A DNA stretch of 64,000 bases from an uncultured Fidelibacterota bacterium (GTDB lineage: Bacteria > Fidelibacterota > Marinisomatia > Marinisomatales > Marinisomataceae), in assembly GCA_902599655.1 (NCBI GenBank), contig CACKGC010000005.1, forward strand, positions 3,175-67,174. The letters are read 5' to 3'. Made by a program: the position numbers and the translations under genes. Each line of letters begins with the position of its first letter. Positions within the stretch are counted from its first letter, which is position 1. Positions 39,015 to 49,768 of this stretch are shown here, one piece after another. The notes below the pieces were generated by a model. That model was not told the origin of the DNA. It did no database searches and saw only the letters and a program-made list of their open reading frames with translations.

Positions 39015-39944
39015 CTAAAGATTCAATCTGTTTCCACGCTGTGCGATATTAAAGTCGTTATCAATGATATTTTGAAATTCATTTGAGCTTTTATCTAGCG
39101 CAGGATTAGTATGATTTAAATGGATAAAATAAATAGAATCTTTTTTATCAGAATATTTAAATAATTTCATTGTTTCAACAATGAAAGGATGAGGAATTTG
39201 TGACATATCTCTACCAGGAAGTTCATTTATATCGTAGAAAGTTCCATCTAATAAACTGTAGTCTGAATTTTCAACAATATCTATAATATCTGTCTGCCAT
39301 TTACTCCATTTATCAATATCTGGGATGAAAACTAAAGATTTTGATGGTCCTTCTATTTTGAAACCCACTGTTTCAGAAAATTCATCCCTATGAGGAACTT
39401 TAAATGGAATAATAGATAATCTTGAATTTAGTTGAACTTTTTTATTGTCACTTAAACTTGATAAGGAAATATTCTTTAAATCAACCAGCTGGCTCCAAGG
39501 ACCATTATTTCTTAAAAAACTTTCCATTTTAGGCATGACATTAACTACAGTACTTTTTGCACCCATAACCTCTCTTCCTAAATGCATCAATCCAGTATAA
39601 TGTCCAATATGAGCATGCGTTAAAAAAATTCCTTTAAGTTCTCTTTTATTGTTATTGGTTAACAAATGTAACTGTTCAGCAAAATCAGGTGTTGCATCAA
39701 TCATCCAAACTTCATTTGAAACAGGGTCGACAATACCAATGCTTGAGACTTTGTTATGAAGATTTGGATCGTTCCATTTATTAATACAACAAGTTTTTTC
39801 GCAGGCTGCATGAGGAGCACCACCGTCTTGTGCAATTCCCAAAATAACGACATATGGCTGCTCTTTTATATAGGTAAAGCTATAAAATAGCGATGAAATC
39901 GATAAAACTAATAATAACCTAACCACCAAGCTGAAGTTCATCAT
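39015..39944 (-). CDS. MBL-fold metallo-hydrolase (PqqB-like)
   Basis: LTHAHIGHYTGL metal-binding motif. N-terminal hydrophobic segment. Confidence 0.75.
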   Translation of the reverse strand: MMNFSLVVRLLLVLSISSLFYSFTYIKEQPYVVILGIAQDGGAPHAACEKTCCINKWNDPNLHNKVSSIGIVDPVSNEVWMIDATPDFAEQLHLLTNNNKRELKGIFLTHAHIGHYTGLMHLGREVMGAKSTVVNVMPKMESFLRNNGPWSQLVDLKNISLSSLSDNKKVQLNSRLSIIPFKVPHRDEFSETVGFKIEGPSKSLVFIPDIDKWSKWQTDIIDIVENSDYSLLDGTFYDINELPGRDMSQIPHPFIVETMKLFKYSDKKDSIYFIHLNHTNPALDKSSNEFQNIIDNDFNIAQRGNRLNL

Positions 39945-41790
39945 CGGATGATGTTACGGGTGTGTTTGGTGAGTTGTACATTGCGTCAATTTCAGCTTTA
40001 TGTTTTTCAACAACTACTTTTCTCTTAATAGACATTTTTGGAGTTAATTCTCCTCTATCTACAGTCCATTCATCAGCAATTAAAGTGAATTTTCTTACAG
40101 ATTCATATCTTGAAAAGTTTGTCATCGTATCTTTAACAATGGCATCAAATAAGTCATATGCAAGTTCATGCGCACATATAGCATTATAATCTAAACCAGA
40201 CAACCCTTTTTCTTCTGCCCACGCTAATAGATTTTCTTTATTTGGAACTATCAATGCTGAAATGAAATTCCTATCATCTCCTACAACATTACATTGTTCG
40301 ATATATTTATTTGATGTAAGCGAAACTTCCATTGGTTGAGGGGCAACATTTTTACCTCCTGAAGTTACAATCAAGCTCTTCTTTCTATCAGTGATGCGCA
40401 ATAAACCATCTTCATCAAATTCACCAATATCGCCTGAATGAAACCATCCATCAATAATTGCTTCATTAGTTGCTTCTTCATTCTTGTAGTAACCTTGCAT
40501 AACATTATGTCCTCTACAAACAATCTCTCCATCAGGTTGAATTTTGACTTCAACTCCTGGTATTGCTTTTCCAACAGTTCCAAATTTAAAGAAGTCTGGA
40601 TGTCCAATTGTCATTACTGGACTTGTTTCAGTTAAACCATAACCTTCGATAATTGAAATACCAATTCCACAAAAGAATGATCCAACTTCTTTAGATAATG
40701 CTGATCCTCCAGAAGAACATGCTCTAACCTTGCCACCTAATGCAGCTCTAAATTTGTTAAGCACTAACTTATCAGCAATTTTATATTTTAAACCAAGTAC
40801 AAATGGTAAGTCTCGATTAGTAGTACGATAAGGTACAGTTTGCAATCCAACAGAAATTGACCAGTCTGCAAGCTTCTTTTTAATTCCGGTCATCGATGCT
40901 ACTGAATCTAAAATTTTAGCATGAATTTTTTCAAAAATTCTAGGTACCGCTGTTAAAAAAGTTGGTCGAACTTCTCTAATATTTTCAAAAAGAATTTCAG
41001 GAGTAAAATTCATTTCAGCGTAATATATTGAGGTCCCTTGGCTAAATATTGAATAATGACCACCAACTCTTTCAAAACTATGACTGATCGGAAGAAATGA
41101 TACAAATCGCTCTATACCATCAGCAGGTTTTAATTCAGGGTTAAGTTCCATTGCAGCCTTAATATTGACATCGATTGAAAGTAAATTATTACAAATATTT
41201 GCATGGCTAAGCATAACACCCTTTGGATTTCCAGTTGTACCACTAGTATAAATTAGAGTTAATAAATCATTTTCCTGAACCGTTGCTGATAGAGCGCGAA
41301 TATCATGTACTTGATCTTTCATATTAAATACATCACCAAAATTGATAACATTATCTTTCCCGCCACTATATTCATCATCCATAATAATAATGGTATTTAA
41401 ATTTGAATTTGCGTCATTGATTAAAGGATATACCTTGTCTAATTGAACCTCATCTTGAACAATAGCTATTTTACTTTCTGAATGTTCAACAACATATTGA
41501 GATTGGGTTGGAATAAGCGTTGGATAAACTGGAACAGATACAGCTCTAATATGAGCAATTGCGTAGTCCGATATTGCCCATTTACGGGAATTTGCGCCAA
41601 TGATAGCAACTTTATCATTATCATTTATTCCTAAATTTTTTAATCCATTTGCAAAATCTTCAACCATCACTTGAAGATCAGCTAACTCTACACCTTCCCA
41701 TCCATTTTCAGTTTTTGTATAAAAAGTTTTTAAGGTTGGTCTTTCGCTTACTAAATGTTGAAACATTTGTGGTACTGTTTTAAATGACAC
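39919..41790 (-). CDS. Long-chain fatty acid--CoA ligase (AMP-forming)
   Basis: IYTSGTTGNPKGVMLSH AMP-binding motif, GYGLTET, GWFHSGDIG. Confidence 0.9.
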   Translation of the reverse strand: MSFKTVPQMFQHLVSERPTLKTFYTKTENGWEGVELADLQVMVEDFANGLKNLGINDNDKVAIIGANSRKWAISDYAIAHIRAVSVPVYPTLIPTQSQYVVEHSESKIAIVQDEVQLDKVYPLINDANSNLNTIIIMDDEYSGGKDNVINFGDVFNMKDQVHDIRALSATVQENDLLTLIYTSGTTGNPKGVMLSHANICNNLLSIDVNIKAAMELNPELKPADGIERFVSFLPISHSFERVGGHYSIFSQGTSIYYAEMNFTPEILFENIREVRPTFLTAVPRIFEKIHAKILDSVASMTGIKKKLADWSISVGLQTVPYRTTNRDLPFVLGLKYKIADKLVLNKFRAALGGKVRACSSGGSALSKEVGSFFCGIGISIIEGYGLTETSPVMTIGHPDFFKFGTVGKAIPGVEVKIQPDGEIVCRGHNVMQGYYKNEEATNEAIIDGWFHSGDIGEFDEDGLLRITDRKKSLIVTSGGKNVAPQPMEVSLTSNKYIEQCNVVGDDRNFISALIVPNKENLLAWAEEKGLSGLDYNAICAHELAYDLFDAIVKDTMTNFSRYESVRKFTLIADEWTVDRGELTPKMSIKRKVVVEKHKAEIDAMYNSPNTPVTSSDDELQLGG

Positions 41791-41857
41791 TATACACTCC
41801 TTTTAATATTGGTTATTGACAAACTACATACTTTATCTGAAATTTGTCAACATCTTT

Positions 41858-41941
41858 GCCGGGGTGGCGGAATTGGTAGACGCGCTGGTCTCAAACACCA
41901 GTGAGAGTAATCTCATGTCGGTTCGAGCCCGACCCTCGGTA
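41858..41941 (+). tRNA. tRNA-Leu (anticodon CAA)
   Basis: Cloverleaf folded by hand. Anticodon stem CTGGT/ACCAG with loop CTCAAAC (CAA at 41892-41894). Long variable arm. T-arm GTCGG-TTCGAGC-CCGAC. Acceptor stem has G1-U72. No encoded CCA. Confidence 0.88.
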
Positions 41942-41942
41942 C

Positions 41943-41975
41943 AAAAAAAGGGCTTAAAAAAAGCCCTTTTTTTTG
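41943..41975. terminator. Bidirectional rho-independent terminator
   Basis: A-run, AAGGGCTT, loop AAAAA, AAGCCCTT, then T8. Lies between tRNA-Leu (+) and a convergent minus-strand gene. Confidence 0.8.
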
Positions 41976-41986
41976 ACTAATTAAAC

Positions 41987-42463
41987 TTATTCCTCTTCTG
42001 GAGGGAAGACTTCATCATTAAGTTTTTTTAACTGTTTCTTAATATCTGATAGGTCTCTTCTTGTTCTACGCTTTTCTGAATCAAAGTTATCTTCTAACCC
42101 TTCAAGATCACGTTGAACATTTTTAATTCTTTTTGTTAAGTCTCTATCAACTCTTTTAATCTCGTACGCTAGGTCATCGATTAAATTTCCAAGAGAGTCA
42201 GCCTTAGCATAAATTAACTTAGTATTGGCTAGAATCATATCTTGACCTCTTTTAATCTCTTTACCTTGGCCGATATTTTCTAACTCAACAGCTTTAACTC
42301 TTTGTTTAAATTCTTTATTTACCATATCTACATGCTCTGCTTGCTCACTTCTTAATTGAGCCATTTCATCCATAGCTGATCCATATTGCATTAATGAAAA
42401 ACCAACTGCTAGAGTCAAAGCAAGAACAACAACACTTAAAATCTTTTCTGTACTAGATAACAT
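41987..42463 (-). CDS. Hypothetical membrane-anchored coiled-coil protein
   Basis: N-terminal TM helix ILSVVVLALTLAVGFSL, then charged heptad-like sequence. Confidence 0.55.
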   Translation of the reverse strand: MLSSTEKILSVVVLALTLAVGFSLMQYGSAMDEMAQLRSEQAEHVDMVNKEFKQRVKAVELENIGQGKEIKRGQDMILANTKLIYAKADSLGNLIDDLAYEIKRVDRDLTKRIKNVQRDLEGLEDNFDSEKRRTRRDLSDIKKQLKKLNDEVFPPEEE

Positions 42464-42534
42464 AATAAATACCTCAATTGTTTTTTTAGTCCACAGAAAC
42501 TAATGAATGAAAATTCAATATGAAAACATTTTTT

Positions 42535-43509
42535 TTATTTAGGAATATTTCCAATTCTGGAAAGTCTGGGTAAATAATTTTCTAAGTCTAATGAAAACCA
42601 AGTAATTACTGGTTGTCCAAGTATATGACTCTTAGGCACAAAACCCCAAAATCTTGAATCTTCACTATTATCCCTATTATCTCCCATCATCCAATAATAA
42701 TCTTGTTTTAAAGAATATGTATCAATCTCGCTAATATCTTTATCATTTATTTTTAAATATTTTAAATATTCTTTCTTCATTACTGACATCCATGGATTAA
42801 TTAATGAAGCATTAGGTTGCGGAACATAGTTATCAAATACTTTTCTATCACCCGTTCTTCTATACAGGTCATACGGATCTTCGTTGGTAAATGTTAGCTT
42901 TTGATCGTTAACAACCAATTCAACTTTATTTCCTTCAAATAATAGTAAAGGGATAATTAGCTCCCAATTCATATCCTCGTTGATTATATATGTATCACCT
43001 TTTTTTGGGATTTTAAGCTCTTTCATATTATCTTTATTTCCAAGATTCATAAATATACTGTCATCAATATAGGATTCTGATGATGGTTCTTGCGATAAAA
43101 ATTGACCACCTTCAGGTAGTAAATACTCTTCATTATTAATTAACACTTTTCGATTTTCAATTCTAACATTATCACCAGGCAAACCGATACATCTTTTTAC
43201 ATATTTATATACATTATCTCTGGGATATTCAAAAACTACTACATCTCCTCTTTCTACTTCTTTAAATGCAGGAAATCTATAATCGGGAAGAAATGTAGGA
43301 ATACTTACAGCTGTAAATGGAACCCAAATTTTTTGAGGAACTTTCATACCATAGATGTATCTACTTCCAACAAGCATGTCTCCTCTTAATATATTCTTTT
43401 CCATGCTTCCTGTTGGTACGATATAAAGCTCTACAACTGTTTCTTTTAAGAAAAGGATGGCCAAGATTAAAACAGAAAGTGATTTTATTTCTTTAATGAA
43501 GTTTTGCAT
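42535..43509 (-). CDS. lepB: Signal peptidase I
   Basis: VPTGSMEKNI (catalytic Ser box), KRCIGLPGD, GDNRDNSEDSRFWGFVP. Confidence 0.93.
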   Translation of the reverse strand: MQNFIKEIKSLSVLILAILFLKETVVELYIVPTGSMEKNILRGDMLVGSRYIYGMKVPQKIWVPFTAVSIPTFLPDYRFPAFKEVERGDVVVFEYPRDNVYKYVKRCIGLPGDNVRIENRKVLINNEEYLLPEGGQFLSQEPSSESYIDDSIFMNLGNKDNMKELKIPKKGDTYIINEDMNWELIIPLLLFEGNKVELVVNDQKLTFTNEDPYDLYRRTGDRKVFDNYVPQPNASLINPWMSVMKKEYLKYLKINDKDISEIDTYSLKQDYYWMMGDNRDNSEDSRFWGFVPKSHILGQPVITWFSLDLENYLPRLSRIGNIPK

Positions 43510-44060
43510 TATTTAATATTAGATGATATTGGCTTAAAGGTTAGTCTGTGTATTGGTGTATATGAGTATTTGTCTAATGCTTCCAAGTGTTTTTTTGTTC
43601 CATATCCGCTATTTGATATAAAATCATATTGTGGATAAATATAATGAAATGATCGCATTATTTCATCTCTTGTTACTTTTGCTATAATTGAAGCAGCCAT
43701 AATTTGCTCATATTTTTGATCGCCTTTTATGATACCCTCATTTTCAATTTGAATGTCTAATGAAAACCCATCAACTAAAACTTTATCTGGCCTAACGCTT
43801 AATGAGCTTATTGCCTCTTTCATTGCGTCTTCTGATGCAATCTTAATATTGTGTTTATCAATATAATCATTCCATTTAACTCCAACAGCAACTGAAGCAC
43901 AATTTTCTAAAATCTCGCTATATAAAAATTCTCTCTTCTTTTTAGATAATTTTTTTGAATCATTTAGTGAATCAATAGAGTTATTTAATATTACTGCTGC
44001 AGCTACCACTGGACCAGCTAAACAGCCTCTACCCACTTCATCTACGCCTGCAATAATCAT
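43509..44060 (-). CDS. rnhB: Ribonuclease HII
   Basis: AGVDEVGRGCLAGPVVAAAV and DSKKLS motifs. Confidence 0.93.
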   Translation of the reverse strand: MIIAGVDEVGRGCLAGPVVAAAVILNNSIDSLNDSKKLSKKKREFLYSEILENCASVAVGVKWNDYIDKHNIKIASEDAMKEAISSLSVRPDKVLVDGFSLDIQIENEGIIKGDQKYEQIMAASIIAKVTRDEIMRSFHYIYPQYDFISNSGYGTKKHLEALDKYSYTPIHRLTFKPISSNIK

Positions 44061-44115
44061 TTTTTAAATTAATAATAAAAAATCAATGTACATCTTTTAA
44101 AAAAATAATTAATAT

Positions 44116-45699
44116 GTGTCCATGTCCAAAAATCAGTATACGCTTTTAGTTTTTTCAATTATAGGAATTTTACTATTGATCCCAGGATACGGAGTTCACT
44201 TTTTTGAACAAATCTGGAGTTTTCCAGGAAATCTTTTTTCAGATGACTTCAAACAATCATTTCCCTTAGCTACCATACCTCTGATGGTTATTTCCCTATT
44301 GGGAACTGGTATGTACATGACTTTTAAGCTAGGATTTCCACAATTAACACGCATTATGCACGGCATTAGAGTTACCCGAGGTGACTACGATAGCACGGAA
44401 GATGAAGGAGATTTAAATCATTTTAAAGCGCTTTCAACCGCTTTAGCTGCTACTGTGGGTATAGGAAATATTGCTGGAGTAGCTATTGCAATTCAAATTG
44501 GTGGTCCTGGCGCATTATTTTGGATGTGGATTACAGCTTTTTTTGGAACTGCTTTAAAGTATGCTGAATGTACTCTTGCGGTTGAATACAGAGAAACAGA
44601 TTCTCAAGGAAATACTGCTGGAGGACCAATGTATACTATAGAAAATGGTTTAGGTCCTAATTGGAGATGGCTAGCAGTAGTATTTGCATGTTTTACAATC
44701 ATTTGCTCTTTCTTTACAGGAAATGCTATTCAATCAAATACCCTTACACAACAGCTATACAGTCAATTAGCTTCTATTTTTGGAACAGATAATTTTTTAA
44801 TGTCTACTAAAGAAGTTGCTTTATTAGGTGATGTTTCTAATATATCTATTATGCATGTTGCAATTGGTCTAATATGTGCTGCAATTGTTGGCTCTGTTAT
44901 TTTAGGCGGGATTAAAAGAATAGGAAATTTTACAAGTTTTCTTGTACCTATTATGGCTGCTATTTATGTTTTTTGTGCTTTATTTATTGTGATAACAAAC
45001 TTTGATCAAGTTGGTAATTCTTTCAATACCATATTTACCATGGCTTTTAATCCACCATCCTTGCTAGTTCCTGCTACTGGTGTTGCTTCAGGAGCATTTA
45101 TAGCATTTTTAAATACAATGTTAATGGGTGTAAAAAGAGGATTATTTTCAAGTGAATCTGGTCAAGGTTCAGCTGCTATTGCTCATTCAACAGCAAAAAC
45201 ACCGTACTCAACCAGAGAAGGTGTTGTCGCTTTATTAGAGCCATACATTGATACTATTATAATTTGCACATTAACCGGCTTAGTAATTATGGTTACTGGT
45301 TCATGGAAATTTACTGAGTTTTATTCCCTAAGAATTGATTCATCAATTGTTGAATTAAAAGAAGGTGTATTACTTACAAGTTATGCTTTTTCACAAGGAA
45401 TCCCTTTTGGTAGTGAAATGGTTACCATAGCTGTTGTTCTTTTTGCTCTTTCAACTGCTATAAGTTGGTCATTTTATGGTGATAGAGCAACCGAGTACTT
45501 GTTTGGATCTAGTTATATTACATATTATAGATATGTTTATGTTATGATGGTCTTTTTTGGCTCATTATTAACTTTAAAACAAGTTTGGAATCTTGGTGAT
45601 GCTGCCCTTGCTTTTATGACTTTCCCTAACCTTATTGCGATCATTCTTTTAAGCACCAAATTAAAAGATATTTCCTCTAAATACTTTGAAAAGTACTAA
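44116..45699 (+). CDS. Sodium:alanine symporter family (AGCS) transporter
   Basis: ATVGIGNIAGVAIAIQIGGPGALFWMW motif in a polytopic protein. The start could be GTG 44116 or ATG 44122. Confidence 0.88.
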   Translation: MSMSKNQYTLLVFSIIGILLLIPGYGVHFFEQIWSFPGNLFSDDFKQSFPLATIPLMVISLLGTGMYMTFKLGFPQLTRIMHGIRVTRGDYDSTEDEGDLNHFKALSTALAATVGIGNIAGVAIAIQIGGPGALFWMWITAFFGTALKYAECTLAVEYRETDSQGNTAGGPMYTIENGLGPNWRWLAVVFACFTIICSFFTGNAIQSNTLTQQLYSQLASIFGTDNFLMSTKEVALLGDVSNISIMHVAIGLICAAIVGSVILGGIKRIGNFTSFLVPIMAAIYVFCALFIVITNFDQVGNSFNTIFTMAFNPPSLLVPATGVASGAFIAFLNTMLMGVKRGLFSSESGQGSAAIAHSTAKTPYSTREGVVALLEPYIDTIIICTLTGLVIMVTGSWKFTEFYSLRIDSSIVELKEGVLLTSYAFSQGIPFGSEMVTIAVVLFALSTAISWSFYGDRATEYLFGSSYITYYRYVYVMMVFFGSLLTLKQVWNLGDAALAFMTFPNLIAIILLSTKLKDISSKYFEKY

Positions 45700-46468
45700 T
45701 CACATTCTTGATACTGCATTAGAAATTTCAGATCAAGCTGCTGAACTTATTCGTTTGTCTTCTCAAAAAATTAAATCTTTTAAGTCTAAAGGAGAAGTTT
45801 CAAACCTTGTAACTCAAACTGATATTGAAACTGATAAACTTATCACCAAAAAAATTAAAGATTCTTTTCCCGAACATAATATTGTTTCAGAAGAATTAGG
45901 ATCAAATAACTTGGGTTCAGATTATACCTGGTACATTGACCCAATTGATGGTACCAACAATTTTGTACATAATTACCCTTCTTTTGCTGTTTCTATAGGC
46001 GTTTTCTTTAAAAGTAAACCGCTGGTTGGGGTTGTTTATGATATCCCCAATAACGAAAAGTTTTTTGCTTCTAAAGGCGGTGGTTCTTTTAGTAATGATT
46101 CTCCAATATCTGTTTCAGAAAAAGATCATTTTAATGAAGGGTTATACGTTACTGGTTTTATACCATACGATGAAAATTATATTAATAAAAATTTGCAAGT
46201 TATTAAGAATATCAATCTTAATTCACATGGTGTTAGAAGATTGGGAGCAGCTTCCTTAGATATGTGTCATGTAGCTAAAGGTATTGTTGAAGGATTTTGG
46301 GAATACAATTTACAACCGTGGGATACAGCAGCCGGTAATATCATTATTTCTGAAGCAGGCGGAACTGTTTCAAATGAAAACGGAAATCAATATAATTTTG
46401 ATAAATGCATTGTCGCTTCTAACAAAAAAGTTCACAAAGATTTTTTAAAAATTATTAAAGAATCTTAG
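45686..46468 (+). CDS. suhB: Inositol monophosphatase family protein
   Basis: [12 protein letters not shown] and WDTAAG motifs. TTG start overlaps the upstream gene by 14 nt. Confidence 0.85.
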   Translation: MKSTNHILDTALEISDQAAELIRLSSQKIKSFKSKGEVSNLVTQTDIETDKLITKKIKDSFPEHNIVSEELGSNNLGSDYTWYIDPIDGTNNFVHNYPSFAVSIGVFFKSKPLVGVVYDIPNNEKFFASKGGGSFSNDSPISVSEKDHFNEGLYVTGFIPYDENYINKNLQVIKNINLNSHGVRRLGAASLDMCHVAKGIVEGFWEYNLQPWDTAAGNIIISEAGGTVSNENGNQYNFDKCIVASNKKVHKDFLKIIKES

Positions 46469-47454
46469 TTCAAGTCTAAATAATCTTTAACATCAGATAA
46501 TACGCTTTTCATAAGCTTTTCATCAGTTTCTAGTAGAGTTTTAACTTTTTCTCGGCCTTGAGCAATCTTATCACCTTTGTAAGAGAACCAAGAGCCCATT
46601 TTTTCAACTACGCCACCCTGTAAAGCTAAATCTAGTAAATCTCCAGCATATGAGATTCCTTTACCGTACATAATATCAAATTCAGTCATTTTAAAAGGTG
46701 GAGCTACTTTATTTTTCACAACTTTTACTCTGGTTCTATTTCCAGTCATATCAGTTCCTTCTTTTATAGCAGCTATTCTTCTAATATCCAATCTTACTGA
46801 TGAATAAAATTTTAATGCTCTACCACCCGGAGTTGTTTCTGGACTACCGAACATTACACCAATTTTTTCTCTAATTTGGTTAATAAAAACTACACATGTT
46901 CTAGATTTGTTAATTGGACCAGAAAGCTTTCTTAGAGCTTGTGACATCAATCTTGCCTGTAAACCAACAGTAACATCACCAATCTGTCCATCAAGCTCAG
47001 CTTTAGGCACTAATGCTGCTACAGAGTCAATAACAATAACATCCAAAGCAGCTGTTTCTAGTAATTTTTGAAGAATATCGAGTGCTTGCTCTCCAGAATC
47101 TGGCTGTGAAACCAATAAATCGTCTGCGTTACATCCAAGATTTTTAGCATATTCTGGATCTAATGCATTTTCAGCGTCAATAAATGCTGCTTTTCCACCA
47201 TTTTTTTGACATTCAGCAACAATATGTAAAGCTAGGGTTGTTTTTCCTGAAGATTCAGGTCCAAATACTTCAATAATTCTTCCTTTTGGTACACCGCCAA
47301 CTCCTAAAGCCATATCTAGTGAAAGACATCCAGTTGAAATTGCTTCTACATCAAGATTGGCAGTTCCACCCAATCTCATAATGGATCCATCTCCATACTC
47401 TTTATTAATATCTAATTGAACTGCTTCTAACGCTTTATCTACATTTTTTGCCAT
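46465..47454 (-). CDS. recA: Recombinase RecA
   Basis: [16 protein letters not shown] (Walker A), with L1/L2 loop regions. Confidence 0.98.
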   Translation of the reverse strand: MAKNVDKALEAVQLDINKEYGDGSIMRLGGTANLDVEAISTGCLSLDMALGVGGVPKGRIIEVFGPESSGKTTLALHIVAECQKNGGKAAFIDAENALDPEYAKNLGCNADDLLVSQPDSGEQALDILQKLLETAALDVIVIDSVAALVPKAELDGQIGDVTVGLQARLMSQALRKLSGPINKSRTCVVFINQIREKIGVMFGSPETTPGGRALKFYSSVRLDIRRIAAIKEGTDMTGNRTRVKVVKNKVAPPFKMTEFDIMYGKGISYAGDLLDLALQGGVVEKMGSWFSYKGDKIAQGREKVKTLLETDEKLMKSVLSDVKDYLDLN

Positions 47455-47473
47455 TACGACTTTCCTTTAACAT

Positions 47474-48766
47474 TTATGAATTTCTTAAAATTTTTCGTAT
47501 TTCATTAAGACACAAGGTAACAGTTAATTCACGATTTGTGATCCTGTCAGGTGTTAAATTATACCTCTTAATATATAAATTATTTTTATAAAATATTCCA
47601 ACAAATACTAATCCAACTGGTTTTTTTTCTGTTCCACCATCTGGACCAGCTATTCCAGTTATTCCGATACCTATATCTGTATTATTTTTTTTAGCAATAT
47701 TTTTTGCTAGAGATTCTGAAACCTCCTCACTGACCGCGCCATATTTTTCTATCAAATCCTTATCTACGCCAATATCATTAATTTTTAACTCATTGCTATA
47801 ACAGACACTTCCACCTTTAAAATATTGAGAGCTTCCAGGAACATCTGTTAATCTTGATGCAAGCAAACCTGAAGTGCATGATTCAGCGGTACTTACTGTA
47901 AGATTATTTTGAATGAGCAGGTCAGCTATTACTTGTTCTAACTTATCGTTATCATAACCATATACATATTTTTTAATTCTTGGAACTATTGAATTAATTA
48001 AATCTTCAATTAATTGATTATCTGATGATGTAAGGCGTATATCAACTCCTAACATCCTATGAGGCAAGAATGCAATATCACATTTTTCCTTATTGGCATC
48101 AATGATATCTGTAATCTTTTCTTGAAGAATGGATTCAGGAACCCCTGTTGTTCTAATGCTTTTACAAACTACTTTATTCTTTAATGATTTTTCAATTTCT
48201 GGTAACACGTAATTTGTAAACATAGATTTCATTTCTTTGGGAACTCCTGGAAGAGCGAAAAAATTGACTCTATTTTTATCTCCTGTAATTAAACCTTTAA
48301 CACTTTTTAAAACTGAATCATGTTTTTTAGTGTAATGCAACCCTCTTGCAGTACCAACCAAATTTGGAATCATAATTCCTCTTTTAGATTTATATGCCTG
48401 GTTTTTATTAAGATTTGGCATTTTGAAGTTTAATCTTTTGAATCTTTCTGACAAAATTTCCCAATACTCTTTATCAAATTCATGTGAATCATCGAAGTAT
48501 TCAAGGAATGAAGACACTGTAATATCATCGACAGTTGGTCCAAGACCTCCTGTAACAATAATCTGATCACACCTCCATTCCCTAAATTGATACTCTAAGG
48601 TGTCATAAATAACACCAAAATCATCTGGAATGGTATGATGAACATTGACTTTAATTCCTGAAGAAAGTAGTTGTTGTCCTATCCAAGCAGCATTACGATC
48701 TACGGTAAAGCCACTTAATAACTCATTCCCAATTGTTATAATTCCAACTCTCATTGCAGTATCCAT
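47474..48766 (-). CDS. cinA: CinA-family protein (MoCF-biosynthesis domain plus nicotinamide-nucleotide amidase domain)
   Basis: MRVGIITIGNELLSG... at the N-terminus. C-terminal TAESCTSGLLA motif. The start may be at 48754 (MRVGII). Confidence 0.88.
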   Translation of the reverse strand: MDTAMRVGIITIGNELLSGFTVDRNAAWIGQQLLSSGIKVNVHHTIPDDFGVIYDTLEYQFREWRCDQIIVTGGLGPTVDDITVSSFLEYFDDSHEFDKEYWEILSERFKRLNFKMPNLNKNQAYKSKRGIMIPNLVGTARGLHYTKKHDSVLKSVKGLITGDKNRVNFFALPGVPKEMKSMFTNYVLPEIEKSLKNKVVCKSIRTTGVPESILQEKITDIIDANKEKCDIAFLPHRMLGVDIRLTSSDNQLIEDLINSIVPRIKKYVYGYDNDKLEQVIADLLIQNNLTVSTAESCTSGLLASRLTDVPGSSQYFKGGSVCYSNELKINDIGVDKDLIEKYGAVSEEVSESLAKNIAKKNNTDIGIGITGIAGPDGGTEKKPVGLVFVGIFYKNNLYIKRYNLTPDRITNRELTVTLCLNEIRKILRNS

Positions 48767-49275
48767 AAGTTAACACATAAAAAAATTATTACAACAATTA
48801 TGGACAAAAATGCGGCCATAATATCATCCCCTATAACCCTATTATATGCTTTTTCCTTTGGATTACTTTCAACCCATCCGACTGGACCAATTTTAGAAAT
48901 ATCAAAAAATCTAAAGGCTATAAATGTTAATATGAAAAGCTCACTTGTTGCGGAAAGAGATTCTACAAAATTAAACGAAAGCTGATCAAAAATGCTTGTA
49001 AAAATATAGACTCCAGAAATAGCAATACCCATTCCTATAACCTCATCTAAAACATATTCTTTCGGGTCTTCAGATTCAACAAGAGCGGTAAGCTTTCTGT
49101 AAGCACCTGGACCAATAATTAGAGTAAAAAATGCTAGAAATGAAGCTGTTTCTGCGTTTTGTTCATATAATGCAATAAGTAAAACTATAAGGGAGGCCCA
49201 AGTACCTCCTCCGGGAATTCTTCCAATGCCAAATAATGTGGCAAGCTGAACATTAAATCCTTTACTAAAATCCAT
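48751..49275 (-). CDS. pgpA: Phosphatidylglycerophosphatase A
   Basis: LFGIGRIPGGGTWASL motif. Start chosen at MDFSKG (49275). The ORF track start at 49332 would overlap pgsA by 68 nt. Confidence 0.75.
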   Translation of the reverse strand: MDFSKGFNVQLATLFGIGRIPGGGTWASLIVLLIALYEQNAETASFLAFFTLIIGPGAYRKLTALVESEDPKEYVLDEVIGMGIAISGVYIFTSIFDQLSFNFVESLSATSELFILTFIAFRFFDISKIGPVGWVESNPKEKAYNRVIGDDIMAAFLSIIVVIIFLCVNLWILQ

Positions 49276-49768
49276 TTTTAACAAAATAATGAATTCCAGT
49301 TGCAGCGGCATAGATTGCATTAATATTGACAATTAAATCAACCATAACTTGTGATGGATTTACAAGCAATATTATTAAAACCATACCGTGTTGAAACACT
49401 GTTTTTAGCTTTCCAAATTTTGATGTTTCAAGCGGTTTATTTTTCGCAATCAGATAGTTTCTATATAATGTAATAATTATATCTCTACCAATTATGATTA
49501 TGAAAGGCCATAGCTGTATTGTATCTAATACTAATAGCGCTGATAGTGCTCCTATCATTAAAACTTTATCAGCCAATGGATCCATATAATTACCGTGACC
49601 TGAAACCAAATCATATTTTCTAGCAATTTTACCGTCAGCAACATCGCTAAAACTGCAATATGCAAAGATTATACCTGCATAAAGAAAATTGTCATTTAAA
49701 ATTAAATAAATGATTAATGGAGTTAGCAGAATTCTAGAATAAGTGAGGAAATTCAGAAAAAATTTCAA
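49265..49768 (-). CDS. pgsA: CDP-diacylglycerol--glycerol-3-phosphate 3-phosphatidyltransferase
   Basis: CDP-alcohol phosphatidyltransferase motif DGKIARKYDLVSGHGNYMDPLADK. Confidence 0.9.
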   Translation of the reverse strand: MKFFLNFLTYSRILLTPLIIYLILNDNFLYAGIIFAYCSFSDVADGKIARKYDLVSGHGNYMDPLADKVLMIGALSALLVLDTIQLWPFIIIIGRDIIITLYRNYLIAKNKPLETSKFGKLKTVFQHGMVLIILLVNPSQVMVDLIVNINAIYAAATGIHYFVKNGF

